A DNA stretch of 64,000 nt. It comes from Takakia lepidozioides. Its lineage: Eukaryota; Plantae; Bryophyta. The position numbers and the translations under genes are program-made. The DNA lies in contig CM060731.1 of the NCBI GenBank assembly GCA_030704615.1, forward strand, positions 8,742,001 to 8,806,000, given 5' to 3'. The notes beneath the pieces are model-generated. The model had not been told where the DNA came from. It saw only the letters and a program-made list of their open reading frames with translations, and did no database searches. Each line of letters opens with the position of its first letter. The stretch's first letter is position 1. This document shows, one piece after another, positions 1 through 13,142 of this stretch.

Positions 1-630
1 GTATCCAAGTGCATCTCCTATGTAGAGGCCCAAGTGTCCAGTGTCATCTAAGCCCAAGTGCAATCTCCTATGTATCCAAGTACGTCTCCCCTGTCAATGC
101 CCAATATATATTTTTTCATGCATTTATTGAGTAGTAATATATCCAATCATTATTGATATATCTCCGGTCGAGACTCTATGTCGAGGCCTAAGCGCGACCT
201 CTAGGGTAGCCTATGCCTTTGGCCCATGTGTGAAGAATTGAAATCTAAGACCAAGTGCAATTTCCTATGTATCCTAGTGCGTCTCCTATGTTGAAGCCCA
301 AGTGCGACCTCTAGGGTGGCCGGCGCCATTGGCCCAAGTGTCTAGTGTCATCTAAGTTCAAGTGCAATCCCCTATGTATCTAGAGACCCTCATGTTTGGG
401 AGATCTAGGCCTAGGGTAGCCTGCGCCATTGGCCCATGTGTTAAGAATTGAAATCTAAGTCCAAGTGCAATCCACTATGTATTCAAGTAGCGTCTCCTAT
501 GTCAAGGCCCATGTGTGAAGAATTGAAATCTAAGCCCAAGTGCAATCTTCTATTTATGTATCCAAGTGCATCTCCCATGTACAGGCCCAAGTGTCTAGTG
601 TCATCTAAGTCCAAGTGCAATCCCATATAT
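1..630. repeat. Degenerate tandem (satellite-like) array, ~70-bp unit built from CCAAGTG-containing subunits
   Basis: Positions 1-71 recur almost exactly at ~558-628. CCAAGTG/AAGTGCAAT recurs throughout. Confidence 0.85.
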
Positions 631-721
631 AATCTTCTTTTTTTCCAGAGAGCCTATGAACCGGAGATTGAACTGGAGACTTTTCCCTTGATATCTCTCC
701 AGTCAAGGCTCCAACCATTGT

Positions 722-970
722 CCTAGGAATGCCCACTTTGCCATTTTTGCTATTTTTTGTGAATTTCCAGCGACCCAAAGTACTTGAAATGCCACATCTC
801 CCACACCGCATGTCCAAAAACCATGAGACCAAGCCCGTGCACCCCTCCTCGTCGAGGGCTTTCCAACGGTACCAAGCACCAGCGTTGGGGCCATGCGGTT
901 TGGGACATCTCAACGCTACAAAATAAAACAAAACAACACAAAACAAAACAAACAAACAAACAAACAAACA
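722..970 (+). repeat. Interspersed repeat ending in an (AAAC)n A-rich tail, retroposon-like 3' end
   Basis: GC-richer body followed by an A-rich tail at ~918-970. No TSD found. Confidence 0.45.
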
Positions 971-1584
971 ATTCATATTTTGATTGATATGGATTTGATA
1001 GAATTTATTTAATTGGGAGCTTGTGCCCAACTCGACCCACTCAAGATTTAAGGTACTTATGGTCATACCATGCAACAAAATCCATACTAATAATCCATAG
1101 TTATAATAAACTCATAAATATCTACATTCATGAAACACATAAGGAATGTGTGCCCAATTGGGACCTAGTCAAGATATAAGGTATCTAAGGTCCTTCAATG
1201 CAATGCATACTAATAATAATAATAACATTACATTCATCAATGGAACACATAGAGGACTAAGGAATATGTGCCCAATTGGGACCCACTCAATATATATGGT
1301 ACCTAAGGTCTTTCAATGCAATGCGTAATAATAATAATAAACTCACCATTCACCAATGGAAGTCATATGGAACATAAAGAACATGTACCCAATTGGGACC
1401 CACTCAATATATAAGGTACCTAAGTGAAATGCATAGTATAAATATATTCACATTCATCTACCAATCGAGCACATACAGAACATAAAGAACGTGTGCCCAG
1501 TTGGGACCCACTCAAGATATAAGGTCATAAGGTGCTTCCATGCAAACGAATGCATAGTCCCTGCTAAAGGTAGGTCAAACAAAA

Positions 1585-1684
1585 GAGAGAGAGAAGACTC
1601 CGGGAGAAGACTCCGGCCGAAGCCGGCGTAACTAAGAGCCACTTTGCCTTGCGGCTACTGCCCCCTTTCGGGGGTGGGCCCTAC
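1585..1684 (-). mobile_element. 5'-truncated SINE/LINE 3' tail with a (TC)n end
   Basis: 13-bp TSD AGGTCAAACAAAA (1572-1584 / 1685-1697). Absent from the paralogous copy at ~36915. Near-identical to 34039-34155. Confidence 0.9.
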
Positions 1685-2250
1685 AGGTCAAACAAAATAA
1701 AATAACCCAAACTTGAAAATCTAATGTATTAAAAATACTAATAATAAAATAGTTATAATTAGTAGGGTAGAACATAGATTAATGTTGTTAGGATATTTCT
1801 ATTAATGTAGATAATGCACACTCAAATGCAAGTGTCGATCCCCTTATTTTCAACTTGATTTCAGAGTTAAATTTGTATGTGTTTGGTGTGTACAGGGATT
1901 TCACCCTATGGGAAGGGCATGGATGGCAAGGCAGGTAGATGATGCATTTATAGTACATGCTATTCAAGGTATTAGAAATGTCGTAATACCCAAGCAATTG
2001 GGGAATATAGGGTCTTCGGGGGTTTTCTCCATTATATATAACTGAGGATAGGTTCCTAGGACCAGGGTTGAGAACCGACTCCAACCCATATACCTGCACA
2101 ACACTATGTTGTGCGGGTACCTGGACCCGCTATTTGTCATGTTGGTAATACTTGGAACCAGTAGATATTTAAAACCAAAAGTTATTTATAAACTCGAAAC
2201 CGGCGGATATTAGAAAATGATAATAATATCCGCCGGACACCAGTTGAGTA

Positions 2251-2800
2251 AAGGTCCATTCGCACCAGGGGTTATATGAGGGATTACAACCAAATATATT
2301 GGACCTTGCTAAGGTCCTGTTCAGACTAGAGATTAGATTTATCTGAAGACAGATGACATGGCGGCGGGGTTAAGGACTGGGGCAGCGTTGTTCTAGATTA
2401 TTCCTGTAAATGTAGATTTACATTGGGGAGACGTAGGTTACTAAGACCCCCTACATTTGGAGGGTGTAACTTCATCCTTTTTGGTTTTATGCACATGTTC
2501 CCAACAAAAAAATAGGTTCCCAAGAATATGTTCCCGGTAGTATCGCTTGGTGCCTCCAGCATTGTGTATCCAAGAACGTAGGGAGTTAGGGTTTCGGGAT
2601 GCAACTAGAACCCTTGGTCTGAATAGGTATGGGGTGGGGACTAACTCATTGCTAGTAACATATACATTTACCACCTGGTGTGAATAGGTATTGGATTAAG
2701 TAGAATAAATGCTAGGTAATACGTTTGACCCTGCATGGCTAGAGGGAGGGATAAATACAACCAGTATGAACCCTTATATCCCTTGGTGCGAATGGACCTT
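2251..2800. mobile_element. MITE, 550 bp
   Basis: TIRs AAGGTCCATTCGCACCA / TGGTGCGAATGGACCTT with a TA (or TAA) duplication. Empty site GAGTAAGGGGG at ~37481 in copy B. Confidence 0.9.
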
Positions 2801-4779
2801 TAAGGGGGACGGAATACCTCACCCCAAGGTACCGATGTACCAAGTGTGAGTGTGGGAGCATTTCCCCTATGTAGGAGCTTTTTGGACAGCATGGCAGTAC
2901 CCGATTGGCATGTTTTTCCCCTAGACCTCCAGTAGATGATGACCACATCATCCACCCTAATGCAAAATTCAACTTATCGTGACATGTCACACCACAAAAT
3001 GTGCTCTCAAGTTAATTTACCACTAGTGTGAAACTAGCTAGTTAGTAACTAGTTTTTATGTATTGACACTTGGGCTTGACTCAAGTGTCAATCCAGAAAT
3101 CAAGGTATGTTTAGGCACCTGGAGTGGTTAACTTCACGGCAGATTGGGGTGTGGCTCATCCTTCTCGAGTTGAGCCTCACCGCCTCTGGCTATAGCGTTG
3201 TAGTGTGGATTAATCCCCATAGCATGGGGTGCATTGGGCTTGACTGCATCCGAGTGATGATTTTATGTATAAGGTGACAAGCCCGGGTGAACTTGTTGTT
3301 GCCTTCTTCATCACTCAAGAAAGACCTGCTCAGATCTGAGAGTGCCAGACACGAGTTAGTTTTTAGCACTTGTGTTTTGAGATAAGAAGTGACTCAGCTT
3401 AGAAATGCAGGGATCCGTGCATTAGGTTGTCAGAATCGGACTTGGTGTATGCTTGAGGCAAGCTTTTTTACTTTCAAGAACTTTGCAAGTGGTAAGAACA
3501 GTAGCGATCGTCTTCCTGGACGTTACATGACATGCCATGGCTTGGACGTTACTGCATGTAGCCCGCCATGGTGTGTCCTTCAGTTACCAGCAAGTTTCAC
3601 TTCGAGTATACATGTTAGACATGCGGCATCGGATTCCTGCAAAATTAAGGTGGAGTGAGTGCATGACTATGGAGTGAGTGAAGGGCCCTTGAGAAATTGG
3701 TGCGAGCAAGGAATCTGGACATTGGCAGTATTCAACCCCGCATTTTAAGATTTTTCTATGCCTTCTGTTCTGTGCAATCTGTCGATACATCCTCTTCAAA
3801 TAGGTTCATCTCATATCAAGCTGATGCTTAATAATCATGAAATTGGAATACTCAAATTAATTTATCACTTTTGTGGAATCCAATGTTATCTGCATTCTAT
3901 GATCATAAGTCGTCTGTCCCAATGGAGACTCACGTTGAATGTTGCACTAGACAATCTTTTTCAGCTCAACATATCTCATGTATATCACTTTGAGGTATAT
4001 ATATTCCTTGTATAGCCCCCATGGTGTACATCCCAATATGTATCCCAAGTAGTTCCAAAAAACAATCAAACAAACAGTCTTGGACATGTAGCACGTTGTC
4101 TTAACAAATCATGTAGCTATTGCATGCGGGCCCACATGGCTATTGCATGACATGTGAAAGTGCAGCGAACAGCAACGTCGGAGGACCAGCACAAGGAGGA
4201 GGCTTGCTATGGGGATTGGCGGTAGAGGCTAGCTGCAACAAAGACCAACACGAGGAGGGAGGTGGTGGTAGGGTTGGCGGCAACTAGGACCAACAGGAGG
4301 AAGGAAGCTCTATATGGAATCTTGCAACCTAAGTTCTCTAGTTCATGTCATTGTTATTCTATTTATTTTTTGTGTCCATGGGTGACAGGGCCGGTTGGGC
4401 ACGAACAGGAGGGTTGAGGGTCTAAAACTATGTTGTACATGGGTTATATGTCAACATATATTTTTATCATGTTGCAAGACATGTATGTGACTATGATTTT
4501 TCTGCCCAAAATCACATCTAAAACGGAGTTTGTTATATTTCATTACGACACCGTAAGAGTCTACAAGACCCAAGGTGAATATGGATGTCATGTATATATC
4601 CTTCGTGGTACTGTATATTCATGTTTACCCTTGTGTTCCCACTTTTCCCACTGACCTAAGAATCCCCCGTATACGATCTTTTCAAAGCGATTCCCCTATG
4701 TGTAGACATGGGATTTGACCTATTTAGGGGACACACAAAAAGCTTGTTGTGTATACACTGTATAGAAGTGTAGTCATTG

Positions 4780-5680
4780 CATCGGACAAGTATTTAAATG
4801 AAAAACTCGTCCTTGGAACCTGGTATTAAGATACATAGAAAACAAAGTTCGATAAAAAAAGGTAAGTGCATGTCAATCCAAACCAAAGGCAAAATCTTGC
4901 GCAAAGTGAAGGGCGAAGAGATTTGAATAACCATAATAGTTATGGTTATGGTATGGATACTTCATTCCCATTTGCAGGGGAAGGGTAAGGGTTTAGACGT
5001 AACAATGGCGTAGGGTTTTCGACGAGGGTTTAGGGTTTGGGTTGAAGGCAGAATTGGTGAGCACACATGCCGGAAGACTCGCACTCGCTACAACTTCGTG
5101 TGTGTTAGTAGGGTACAAAATGGAAATTTGGATACAGTGAAGAGATTTGGATAACCAAAGTGGTTATGGTTATGGTATGGATAGTTGATTCCCATTTGCA
5201 AAGGGAAGGGAAAGGGTTATGGGGTATTGGGTTAAGGGTAAATGTTTAGGGTTTTATAATAAGGGTTTAGGGTAGGGGTTTAGGGTTTTTGTTTAAGTTA
5301 CAAAATAGACAAACACTTATGGAAGACTCCAGTCGCTATAACTTAGTGTTGTTAGTAGGGTACTAGTAAGCAAAATAAAAATGAAGAACCTAATATTATG
5401 GACAAGTATTTAAATGAAAGACCCGTCCTTGGAACCTGGTATTAAGATGTAACATATAAAGCAAACTGTAGCATGCCTAAATGCATGTCAATCCAAAACA
5501 AAGGAAAAAACTAGCGCAAATGTGAATGGAGAAGACATTTCAATAACCATAATGGTTATGGTTATGGCTATGGTTATGGTATGAATAGTTCATGGGCCAT
5601 TTGCAGAAAAGGGTAAGGGTTAGGGGTAATGCTAACATAAAAAGCAAGGTACTATAAAAAATGTATGTCAATCCAAAATC
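4780..5680 (+). repeat. Modular repeat region homologous to the Replitron upstream region, with TTTAGGG-like motifs
   Basis: Internal direct repeats at 4783/5400 and 4916/5140/5530. Positions 5060-5395 match the reverse complement of 45005-45165. Confidence 0.7.
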
Positions 5681-6449
5681 CTAAATTGCCAAAAAAAAAA
5701 GAAAAAAAGTACACCCTATGAGATTTGAAAAAAAAAATGGCGTAATATAACGACTTTGGGAAGCGCCTGGATCTCATGGGAGAAAATGGATCTGAAGAAA
5801 ACATGAGAGAGGATAAAAAGTCAGACCACCAAATAAAAACTACGAGAAATGAAAATTGCTTAAAGTTTGAACAACGGAAAAGGACATGTGAAATTCCCTC
5901 TTAAACCAGGGCCAAAGATGAGAAGTATGAAAATGAGATGAAATAAAATTTTGGTGCAGAAAAGTCGTAGAGCTTAGAGGGAAAATGGAGGAAAACCTCA
6001 GAGAAAAAACTTCAGAACTGGCAAATTGAAAAGTATGTCAACAACGATTGGGTAAGGCTTCTCCTAGTGGGAGACTTCAGTGGGAGAATTGATTATGCGA
6101 AAAACAAGTTCAATCTTTGAAAGAAGGACTGGAAATGGGCTATTTTCTTTTGTTGTTAAAAACCTCTTTGACCGAATTTGAAGACTCCAGTGGTCGTGCC
6201 CGCCATTTTTGTTCTTATGATCTATATGTTATGTAGGCGAAACTCCCCCACAGGGTTTTCTTTGTTGACCAAAACGTACAGTAGGCCAGAATCCAGCACA
6301 CCAGAAACAAAGGACGAGAACGGCCACTGGACATTCGAGGTTCAGTGCGACATAAGAAGATAACAAAAAGGATCCCCCAACGCAAACAAGAAAGGCAATA
6401 TAGAGAAGAAAAAATTTATTTCTTAAATCGAAGTACTGGAGTTGACCTC

Positions 6450-7563
6450 AACAATATGTCCTTGGTCTGGAACTCGCTTTCTGACTGACGATTAGCCTCC
6501 TCCAAATTAGCGCGCGTCTTCACGCTTCGGCAACAGTAATTCTCTTGGTACTATTCCTTGTCGTATTTTTTCGTGGAGGCATTGTCCACACAACATTGTT
6601 CACTTAGATCCATTGAGGAGGATCTGACGAGTTATACTCGCAAAGTTTTGACCAACAGTCCCTGTACCTTTCCAAGTCTGTTGGGTTACCACATTTTCTC
6701 GGTCTCCACCACTCCACCTTCACCTTCTTAAAATTAGGATCCTCCTTTTCGTGGTTCACGTCAGATATTGCCACCCCCAACCAGACCGGGCATGTACTTG
6801 GGTCATGAGGGCGAACGAGCACAAAAAACCCTTTCTCAATATCCTTGAACAGATTCAAGAATATTCTTGGTCGCTCACACCTTGGGCCACAGTAAGGTTC
6901 TAGGATTTCATCCTCTTCTTCCACATCTTACACTATATGTGGATGGATTCCATCTTTGAGATGATTCTTGGACCAATTTGTTTTCGGCCAGAATCCCTCA
7001 AGCAGATGAATACGCTCGGGAGCTTCTGGAATTGGCTTATCCAGCTCGGCGAGAATGTTTCCCCAGTACTGGTCGTATTGTTCCATTCGACCTCTATAAT
7101 GATCATCAAGCATCATTCCTTTCGTCCAAAAATCCCTGTATTTTTTTATTCCATTCTTATTGAATGATTGTTTTTCGGAGAAGTCGTCCCCAACTCCCCA
7201 GATAGGTCTCATTGAAACGGCGTCTAGGTCTCCTACAGGGAGCTTGGGAGTCCCGTCAAGATTGGACTTCCATATCTTCATGCTATTGTTTGTTGGAAGC
7301 CAATCCGAATCAATAGCGGACTTCTTGTACTTCATGACGGGCCAACCCTCCGCATCCTTAAAAAAACGGAAGACGTGCATCTCCGAAATCCCGACCAACG
7401 CCTCCTTTCCATCCAGAATACAACCCTTTACAAAATTCTTGAAGTCGGGAACCTCCTGAATAATCTGTGGAATGAACTGCAGATCTTGCGAGGTCATAAA
7501 TGACCTCATCAAATCCGAAAGAATGTAGGTGCTTCGTTCTTTTAGCTTCTTCGAAAGGTAGCT
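6450..7563 (-). pseudogene. Sola-like transposase, C-terminal part
   Basis: SYLSKKLK...VPDFK...FRFFKD continues directly from GHTH.DIDGFFSY at 8612. In-frame stop at 6928-6930, followed by a beta-rich C-terminal domain (VLVRP...VWLG...VEWWRP). Confidence 0.85.
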
Positions 7564-7990
7564 TGTCGCGCACCTCACTTCGGTAAGCTCCCCTTCAAGT
7601 CATAGTTACTCGCTTTGATGCGCGCGCCTGACTCCCAACCTGGCCGCCGGGCCAACTCGGAGCTTCGGCTGCTCACCAGGACATAACGGTCCCCCTTCGC
7701 TCTCCCGAAAGACCCTCCACCTATTTGGGCCTAGTGGAATTCCTTTTGGTAGATGGCAGTCCGGAACAGCTCCCCACTCTTTGGTCGCTTTCCGGCTCGC
7801 TCGCTTACTTACTAGTTTTTGGACACCAACGGGCTTCCACCGTTCTCGGGGTTACTACTCCCCTTATATATACTTCTGTAGCTGTCCGCGGGGGTTTCAC
7901 AACCAGCCATGCCATTTTATGGTGAACCACCACGAAGACCCTCGACTCCCGGTGGTGAGTCGCGGTGAGTCTTGGCCCACTCACCACGGC
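7564..7990 (-). repeat. 3' part of the chromovirus 3' LTR, in opposite orientation to the rest of the element
   Basis: Reverse complement of 8849-9224. Ends ...GCGCGACA followed by TSD AGCTA (7559-7563, read on -). Confidence 0.93.
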
Positions 7991-8612
7991 TTTGATAAAC
8001 ATTTGAGGCACTAAGAGTCGTGCAGAAGACTGTACCATAGCTAGAGGAATGAGTCTGTTATGATTCCGGAGGAGCTTCTCTGTATTATTCACGACAAAAT
8101 TGATCATGGAAAACAGCTATTCCAAGGCTCTAGACTCCAAACAAGATGATTTCTGGATTTGGTCAGCTTCCAGTTTCACTAACGGGAATGGTCACGCACG
8201 GACACAGTGATGGAGCTTACGGTCAGTATTCTCTTGAATTCTGAAAGGGAAATTCAAACTTTACAATTGGTTCTTTGGCACATTGCCTGCGCCAGCTGGA
8301 GAAGCCAATCTGTCGCGAGTCCAGGAACATTTTCGATTACCGACTTCAAAACGAGTTTTTCGAATTACTTTTAAGAGGTAAATCGAGATGTTTGGATGCT
8401 CTTAAACCCGGCAGGCCGGAAGATAAACGTGGTGCTCGTCCACTTCCGAGAAGACTGTACTTGCAAATGGACAACTCCGCGAAGGACAATAAGAACAGAT
8501 GGATGCTTGCTTTTCTATCCCTCCCGACCGCCAAAGATGTTTTTGAAGAGATCCAGCTAGGGTTTCTAATGGTCGGACATACTCATAAGGACATCGACGG
8601 GTTCTTCAGCTA
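7991..8612 (+). pseudogene. Sola-like transposase catalytic core (inverted segment)
   Basis: HLRH*ESCRRLYH...CIIHDKID and LYLQMDNSAKDNKN...FLMVGHTHKDID motifs, with several stops and frameshifts. Confidence 0.88.
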
Positions 8613-9224
8613 TGTCGCGGCCCTTTGCCTTGAGGGCAGGGGGTCGGGACACATGAGGGGCTGCCCCTGTGGTGGGGGCAGCGGCAGCGGTAGGTATGTG
8701 GGGCTGAAGCACCCTTGAGTGCCCAAGGCACTCAGGGAAGCGGAGGCGCTCACTAGGTGGAGCCCCGCACATCGGGTTGCGGTGGGGGTGGCTCCACAAG
8801 GGGTGGTGGTAGCTTAGTGGGACTTAGTGGGGGTGGCATAGGACTCACGAGTCGAGGGTCTTCGTGGTGGTTCACCATAAAATGGCATGGCTGGTTGTGA
8901 AACCCCCGCGGACAGCTACAGAAGTATATATAAGAGTATAACGTAGTGAGAAAGCCCGTTGGTGTCCAAAAACTAGTGAGTAAGCGAGCGAGCCAGAAAG
9001 CGACCAAAGAGTGGGTAGCTGTTCCGGACTGCCATCTACCAAAAGGAATTCCACTAGGCCCAAATAGGTGGAGGGTCTTTCGGGAGAGCGAAGGGGGACC
9101 GTTATGTCCCGGTGAGCAGCCGAAGCTCCGAGTTGGCCCGGCGGCCAGGTTGGGAGTCAGGCGCGCGCATCAAAGCGAGTAACTATGACTTGAAGGGGAG
9201 CTTACCGAAGTGAGGTGCGCGACA
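8613..9224 (+). repeat. 5' LTR (612 bp)
   Basis: Starts TGTCGCG and ends CGCGACA. Preceded by AGCTA (8608-8612). TATATATAAG at ~8925. Confidence 0.95.
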
Positions 9225-9226
9225 CT

Positions 9227-9238
9227 TGGTATCAGAGC
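9227..9238 (+). promoter_or_regulatory. Primer-binding site (initiator tRNA-Met)
   Basis: TGGTATCAGAGC, 2 nt after the LTR end. Confidence 0.95.
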
Positions 9239-9279
9239 TTAGAGTTCAGTACGCGATCGTCCTTGGGATTGGCCTCATC

Positions 9280-12200
9280 ATGGGGTCGGGCAAGCCGAAG
9301 CGAAAGCGGAACGGCCCAAAAGATGATGATCCCGGTGAGCCCGATGGGGGCGGCGTGTCACTGAGGCGGCCGTTTGAGGAAGCGATGCATGTTTCCGAAA
9401 ACGAGGCCGCCCAAGAGCGGGAGGAATCCGAGGAGTCGGAGCCCGAGGAATCCTTGAGAGCTCCGACAAACCAGAGATGCCTCCCATGCCGGTAGCCTTT
9501 TGGGAAGGGTTGTTGGCGCAGTTTGGCGGGACGTTGAAAGACGTGTTGAAGGCGGCTAATGCCACTTCCGCTAAGGCAAAGTTTAAGGTGAAGCCTAAGG
9601 AACCCGACACCTTCGAGGGCGTCCGAAATTGGAAGGCACTCAACACCTGGCTCTTGGAGCTAGAGCAGTACTTTCGGGCGGCCAAGTTGAGTGACGAGGA
9701 TCGGGTGGAAGTGGCTCCCACCTATTTGAGGGGCTATGCTCAACAATGGTGGCGGAAACGCCTTCACGACCAAGGCCCAAGCCCGGAAACCTTGAACTGG
9801 AGTGGGTTCAAGAAATTGATGAAGAGACAGTTTGTGCCCCTCAACGCGTCCTGGCTTGCCCGGGACAAGATGAGGAATTTGAAGCAAACAGATGACATTC
9901 GGGGGTATGTCCAGGCTTTCAATGTGCTGTTGCTCGAAGTCGCGGACATGGCAGAACCAGAAATGGTCTTCAACTTTGTGGCGGGACTGGCCCCATGGGC
10001 CAGGCGGAAGTTGGAGGAGAAGCCACCCAAGACTTTGAACGAGGCAATTGAGAGGGCTGAATGTTTCTCGGATGTCCCTAGGGGTGAGAGACAAGGCCGT
10101 ACGGAGCTGATTCACAAGAAGACCCGGCGGGAAGGTGACTCCTTCCGACCGGAAAAGAAGTGGGATAGGCCACGCGGCGACAATGGCACGTGGAAATCGA
10201 AGGGAGGGCCTTCACATGTCAAGGCGGCACCCGGTGCTTCGAAAGGAAAAGCGGGTGGAGCGGCTTATGGCGGACAGAAGGCGACCTTTGATGGAGTGTG
10301 TTTCAATTGCGGGGAGCCCGGGCACATGGCCAAGAAGTGCACGAAGCCCCGGCAATTGAACATGACTCGGGCGACCACGGAGCTGTCGGAAGATACCATC
10401 AGTCGCTTGGTGGAAGCGGTGGTCGCCAGAACTTGCAAGGTAGGCAAATTTTCTTGTGAGTTGTATCAGGAAACTGGCGCCTTACAAAAAAGGAGTCAGT
10501 TATTGTTCGTGGATGGGATAATATCCGGAACTAATGTGTCGTTGTTGGTGGACACAGGAGCGTTGCACTCCTTCATGACACCGGCAACGGCACAAAAGCT
10601 GGGACTCCCGACAAGTGACGTGGGGGCCTCTATTGAGGTGCGTTCTGCCAAAGGAGAACCACAGTTGGCGACAAGGTTGGCGTTTGATGTTCCTCTTCAA
10701 CTGGGGAGTTGGGAGGGACGTGAGAACTTCACCATCTGCGGGATCGATGGAGTAGATCTCATTTTGGGGATGACCTTTTTGAGCAAATCCGGAGCGATCA
10801 TAGATGGCCGCAAGAGAGTAGTCACGCTGCCATGTGGGAATGGTGGCGAGGTCTTACGAGTGTCGGAAACGCCCAAATCCGTGGGAGGGCGAATAAACCT
10901 TCTGTCAGCGAGGGAGTGGGCCGTGGAGGAGGCACACGAACCCCAGTTTTTGCTTTACATTAGAGAAGTGAAGGGAGAAGGCGATGGGGAGCCGAGCCCA
11001 GATTGGATCAAGGGGATCTTGGAGAAATACCAGGATGTGATGCCGGAGGATTTACCAAGCGGCCTGCCACTGCGAAGAGGAGTTGACCACAAGATTGAGG
11101 TGATACCGGGATCGGAACCGCCTGCCCAGGCACCCTACCGGTTGAGCCACAGGGAGTTTGTCGAGCTGAAGACTCAGCTCAAGGATCTAATGTCAAAGCG
11201 GTACATCCGGCCGAGTAAGTCACCTTACGGAGCCCCGGTGCTATTCGCAGACAAGAAGGATGGAACGCTGCGGATGTGTGTCGATTACAGGGCTCTGAAT
11301 AAGGTGACTATCAAAAACCGGTACCCTTTGCCAAGGATCGACGACCTCTTCGATCGGTTGGCAGGAGCGAAGTATTTCAGCCGGATCGACTTGCGCTCCG
11401 GCTATCATCAAATTCGGGTGGCGGAAGGAGATGAGGAGAAGACCGCGTGCAGGACAAGGTATGGTTCATATGAGTTCTTGGTGATGCCTTTTGGGCTCAC
11501 TAATGCACCGGCAACCTTTAGCACGCTGATGAACAGCCTTTTTCAGGAGTGGCTGGATGACTTTGTGATCGTGTACATCGACGACATCTTGGTGTACTCG
11601 AAAACAAAGGAGGAACACCTGGAGCACCTCAAAAGGGTGTTCCAAAAGTTGCGAGAAGGGAAGCTGTATGCCAAAGCTTCAAAGTGCGAATTCGGGGTCA
11701 CGAAAGTGGAGTTCTTGGGGCATGTGATTACACAGGATGGGATCAAAATGGATGACAGAAAGGTGAGGTTGATCTTAGACTGGGAGCCTCCGACTTCGGT
11801 CCCGAGAGAACGTTCCTTCCTAGGACTCGCCTCCTATTACCGGAAGTATGTGAGAAATTTTGCCAAGATCGCGGGGCCGCTGTCGGACCTTCTGTGTAAA
11901 TCTAAAGTCTGGGCATGGAACACATTTTGTGGCCAAGCTTTTGCTGAATTGAAGCAGCGGATGGCGGAAGCTCCAGTCTTGAAAATCCCGGAGTTCGATC
12001 GTCCGTTCGAGATACATACAGATGCGTCGGACTTCGCGATTGGGGGTGTACTGATGCAAGATGGACATCCAGTGGCTTACGAAAGTAAGAAACTGAATGA
12101 AGTGGAGCGACGGTGGCCGACGCACGAGAAAGAGATGAAGGCGGTGGTGCACTGTCTTGAGCTCTGGCGCCACTATGTTGGTTCCAACCCAGTGAAGGTG

Positions 12201-13053
12201 TTCACGGACAATGTCACGGTGAAGTATTTTGCCACGCAGCCCAAGTTGTCCCCAAAACAACTTAGGTGACAAGATACTTTGGCGGTGTTCGACGTGGATA
12301 TCCAGTACAAACCGGGACGAGACAACGTGGTGGCCGATGCTTTAAGTAGAACGCAGCAGCTCTTGTTGGTGTACAAGGGCGAGACGGTGCTCCAAAGGAA
12401 GATCCGGAAGGCTTGCCGGAAGGATGAGCTGGCGAAGTCCATGATGCAGGACTTGAGAATGGGGGTTAAATCGCAATTCCACTTGCAAAATGGACTGCTC
12501 CGGTATAAGCAAAAGCGTCTCTACGTGTCGAAGGGAGGGATCAGAGATAGCCTCTTGAGAGAATGCCATGATAGCCCGCTTGCGGGCCACGGCGGAGCCA
12601 AGCGCACTGCGGCACTCTTGAAGAAAGAGTATTTCTGGCCCAAACTGAGGGAGGAGGCAGAGGAGTATGTCAAGACATGCACCACATGCCAACAAAACCG
12701 GAGCGAGTACAAAAAGCAAGCGGGGCTGTTACAACCCTTGCCGATTCCAGAGGAGACTTGGGAAAGTGGCTCGATGGATTTCATGACTGCTATGCCCGAA
12801 GGATATTGTCTCGGACCGCGATCCCAAGTTTACGAGTAAATTCTGGAGAGCACTTTGGAAAAAGATGGGGACGAGGCTGAAGATGAGCACCGCCTTCCGA
12901 CCTACGACCGACGGCCAAACAGAAAGAGTGAATTCCGTAGTGAAGCAGATCTTGCGGAATTACGTGTCGGCAGACCAAACAGACTGGGTGGAACACTTAG
13001 ACGCGGCAGAGTTCTGTTATAATAACACAGAACACTCCGCAATGGGAGTTACA
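9280..13053 (+). pseudogene. Gag-Pol polyprotein (gag, CCHC knuckle, aspartic protease, RT, RNase H, integrase N-terminus/core)
   Basis: [32 protein letters not shown] and the H-H-C-C zinc finger. Frameshift near 9460, stop at 12267-12269, integrase deletion near 12797. Confidence 0.95.
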
Positions 13054-13142
13054 ATATAAGTTTTTGCAATCGGATTCCTAAGCTAGCTAAAACCGGGCTA
13101 AGCATGCATTTCCTCCCCCACGCTCCAAGGTTGATGTCCCCA

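Larger units (their letters stand above)
1013..3005 (+). mobile_element. Non-autonomous interspersed repeat, copy A, with an internal ~110-127-bp minisatellite at 1013-1560
   Basis: Colinear and highly similar to 35825-37688. The core GTGCCCAATTGGGACCCACTCAA occurs at ~1023, 1150, 1268, 1385 and 1494. Confidence 0.85.

Noticed and set aside
448-2990. Short ORFs within the repeats, and the many antisense ORFs over TE genes
   Set aside because: Low-complexity or shadow frames without recognisable domains.
5020-5290. Interstitial telomere or chromosome fusion scar
   Set aside because: Only short, degenerate TTTAGGG units embedded in a dispersed repeat.
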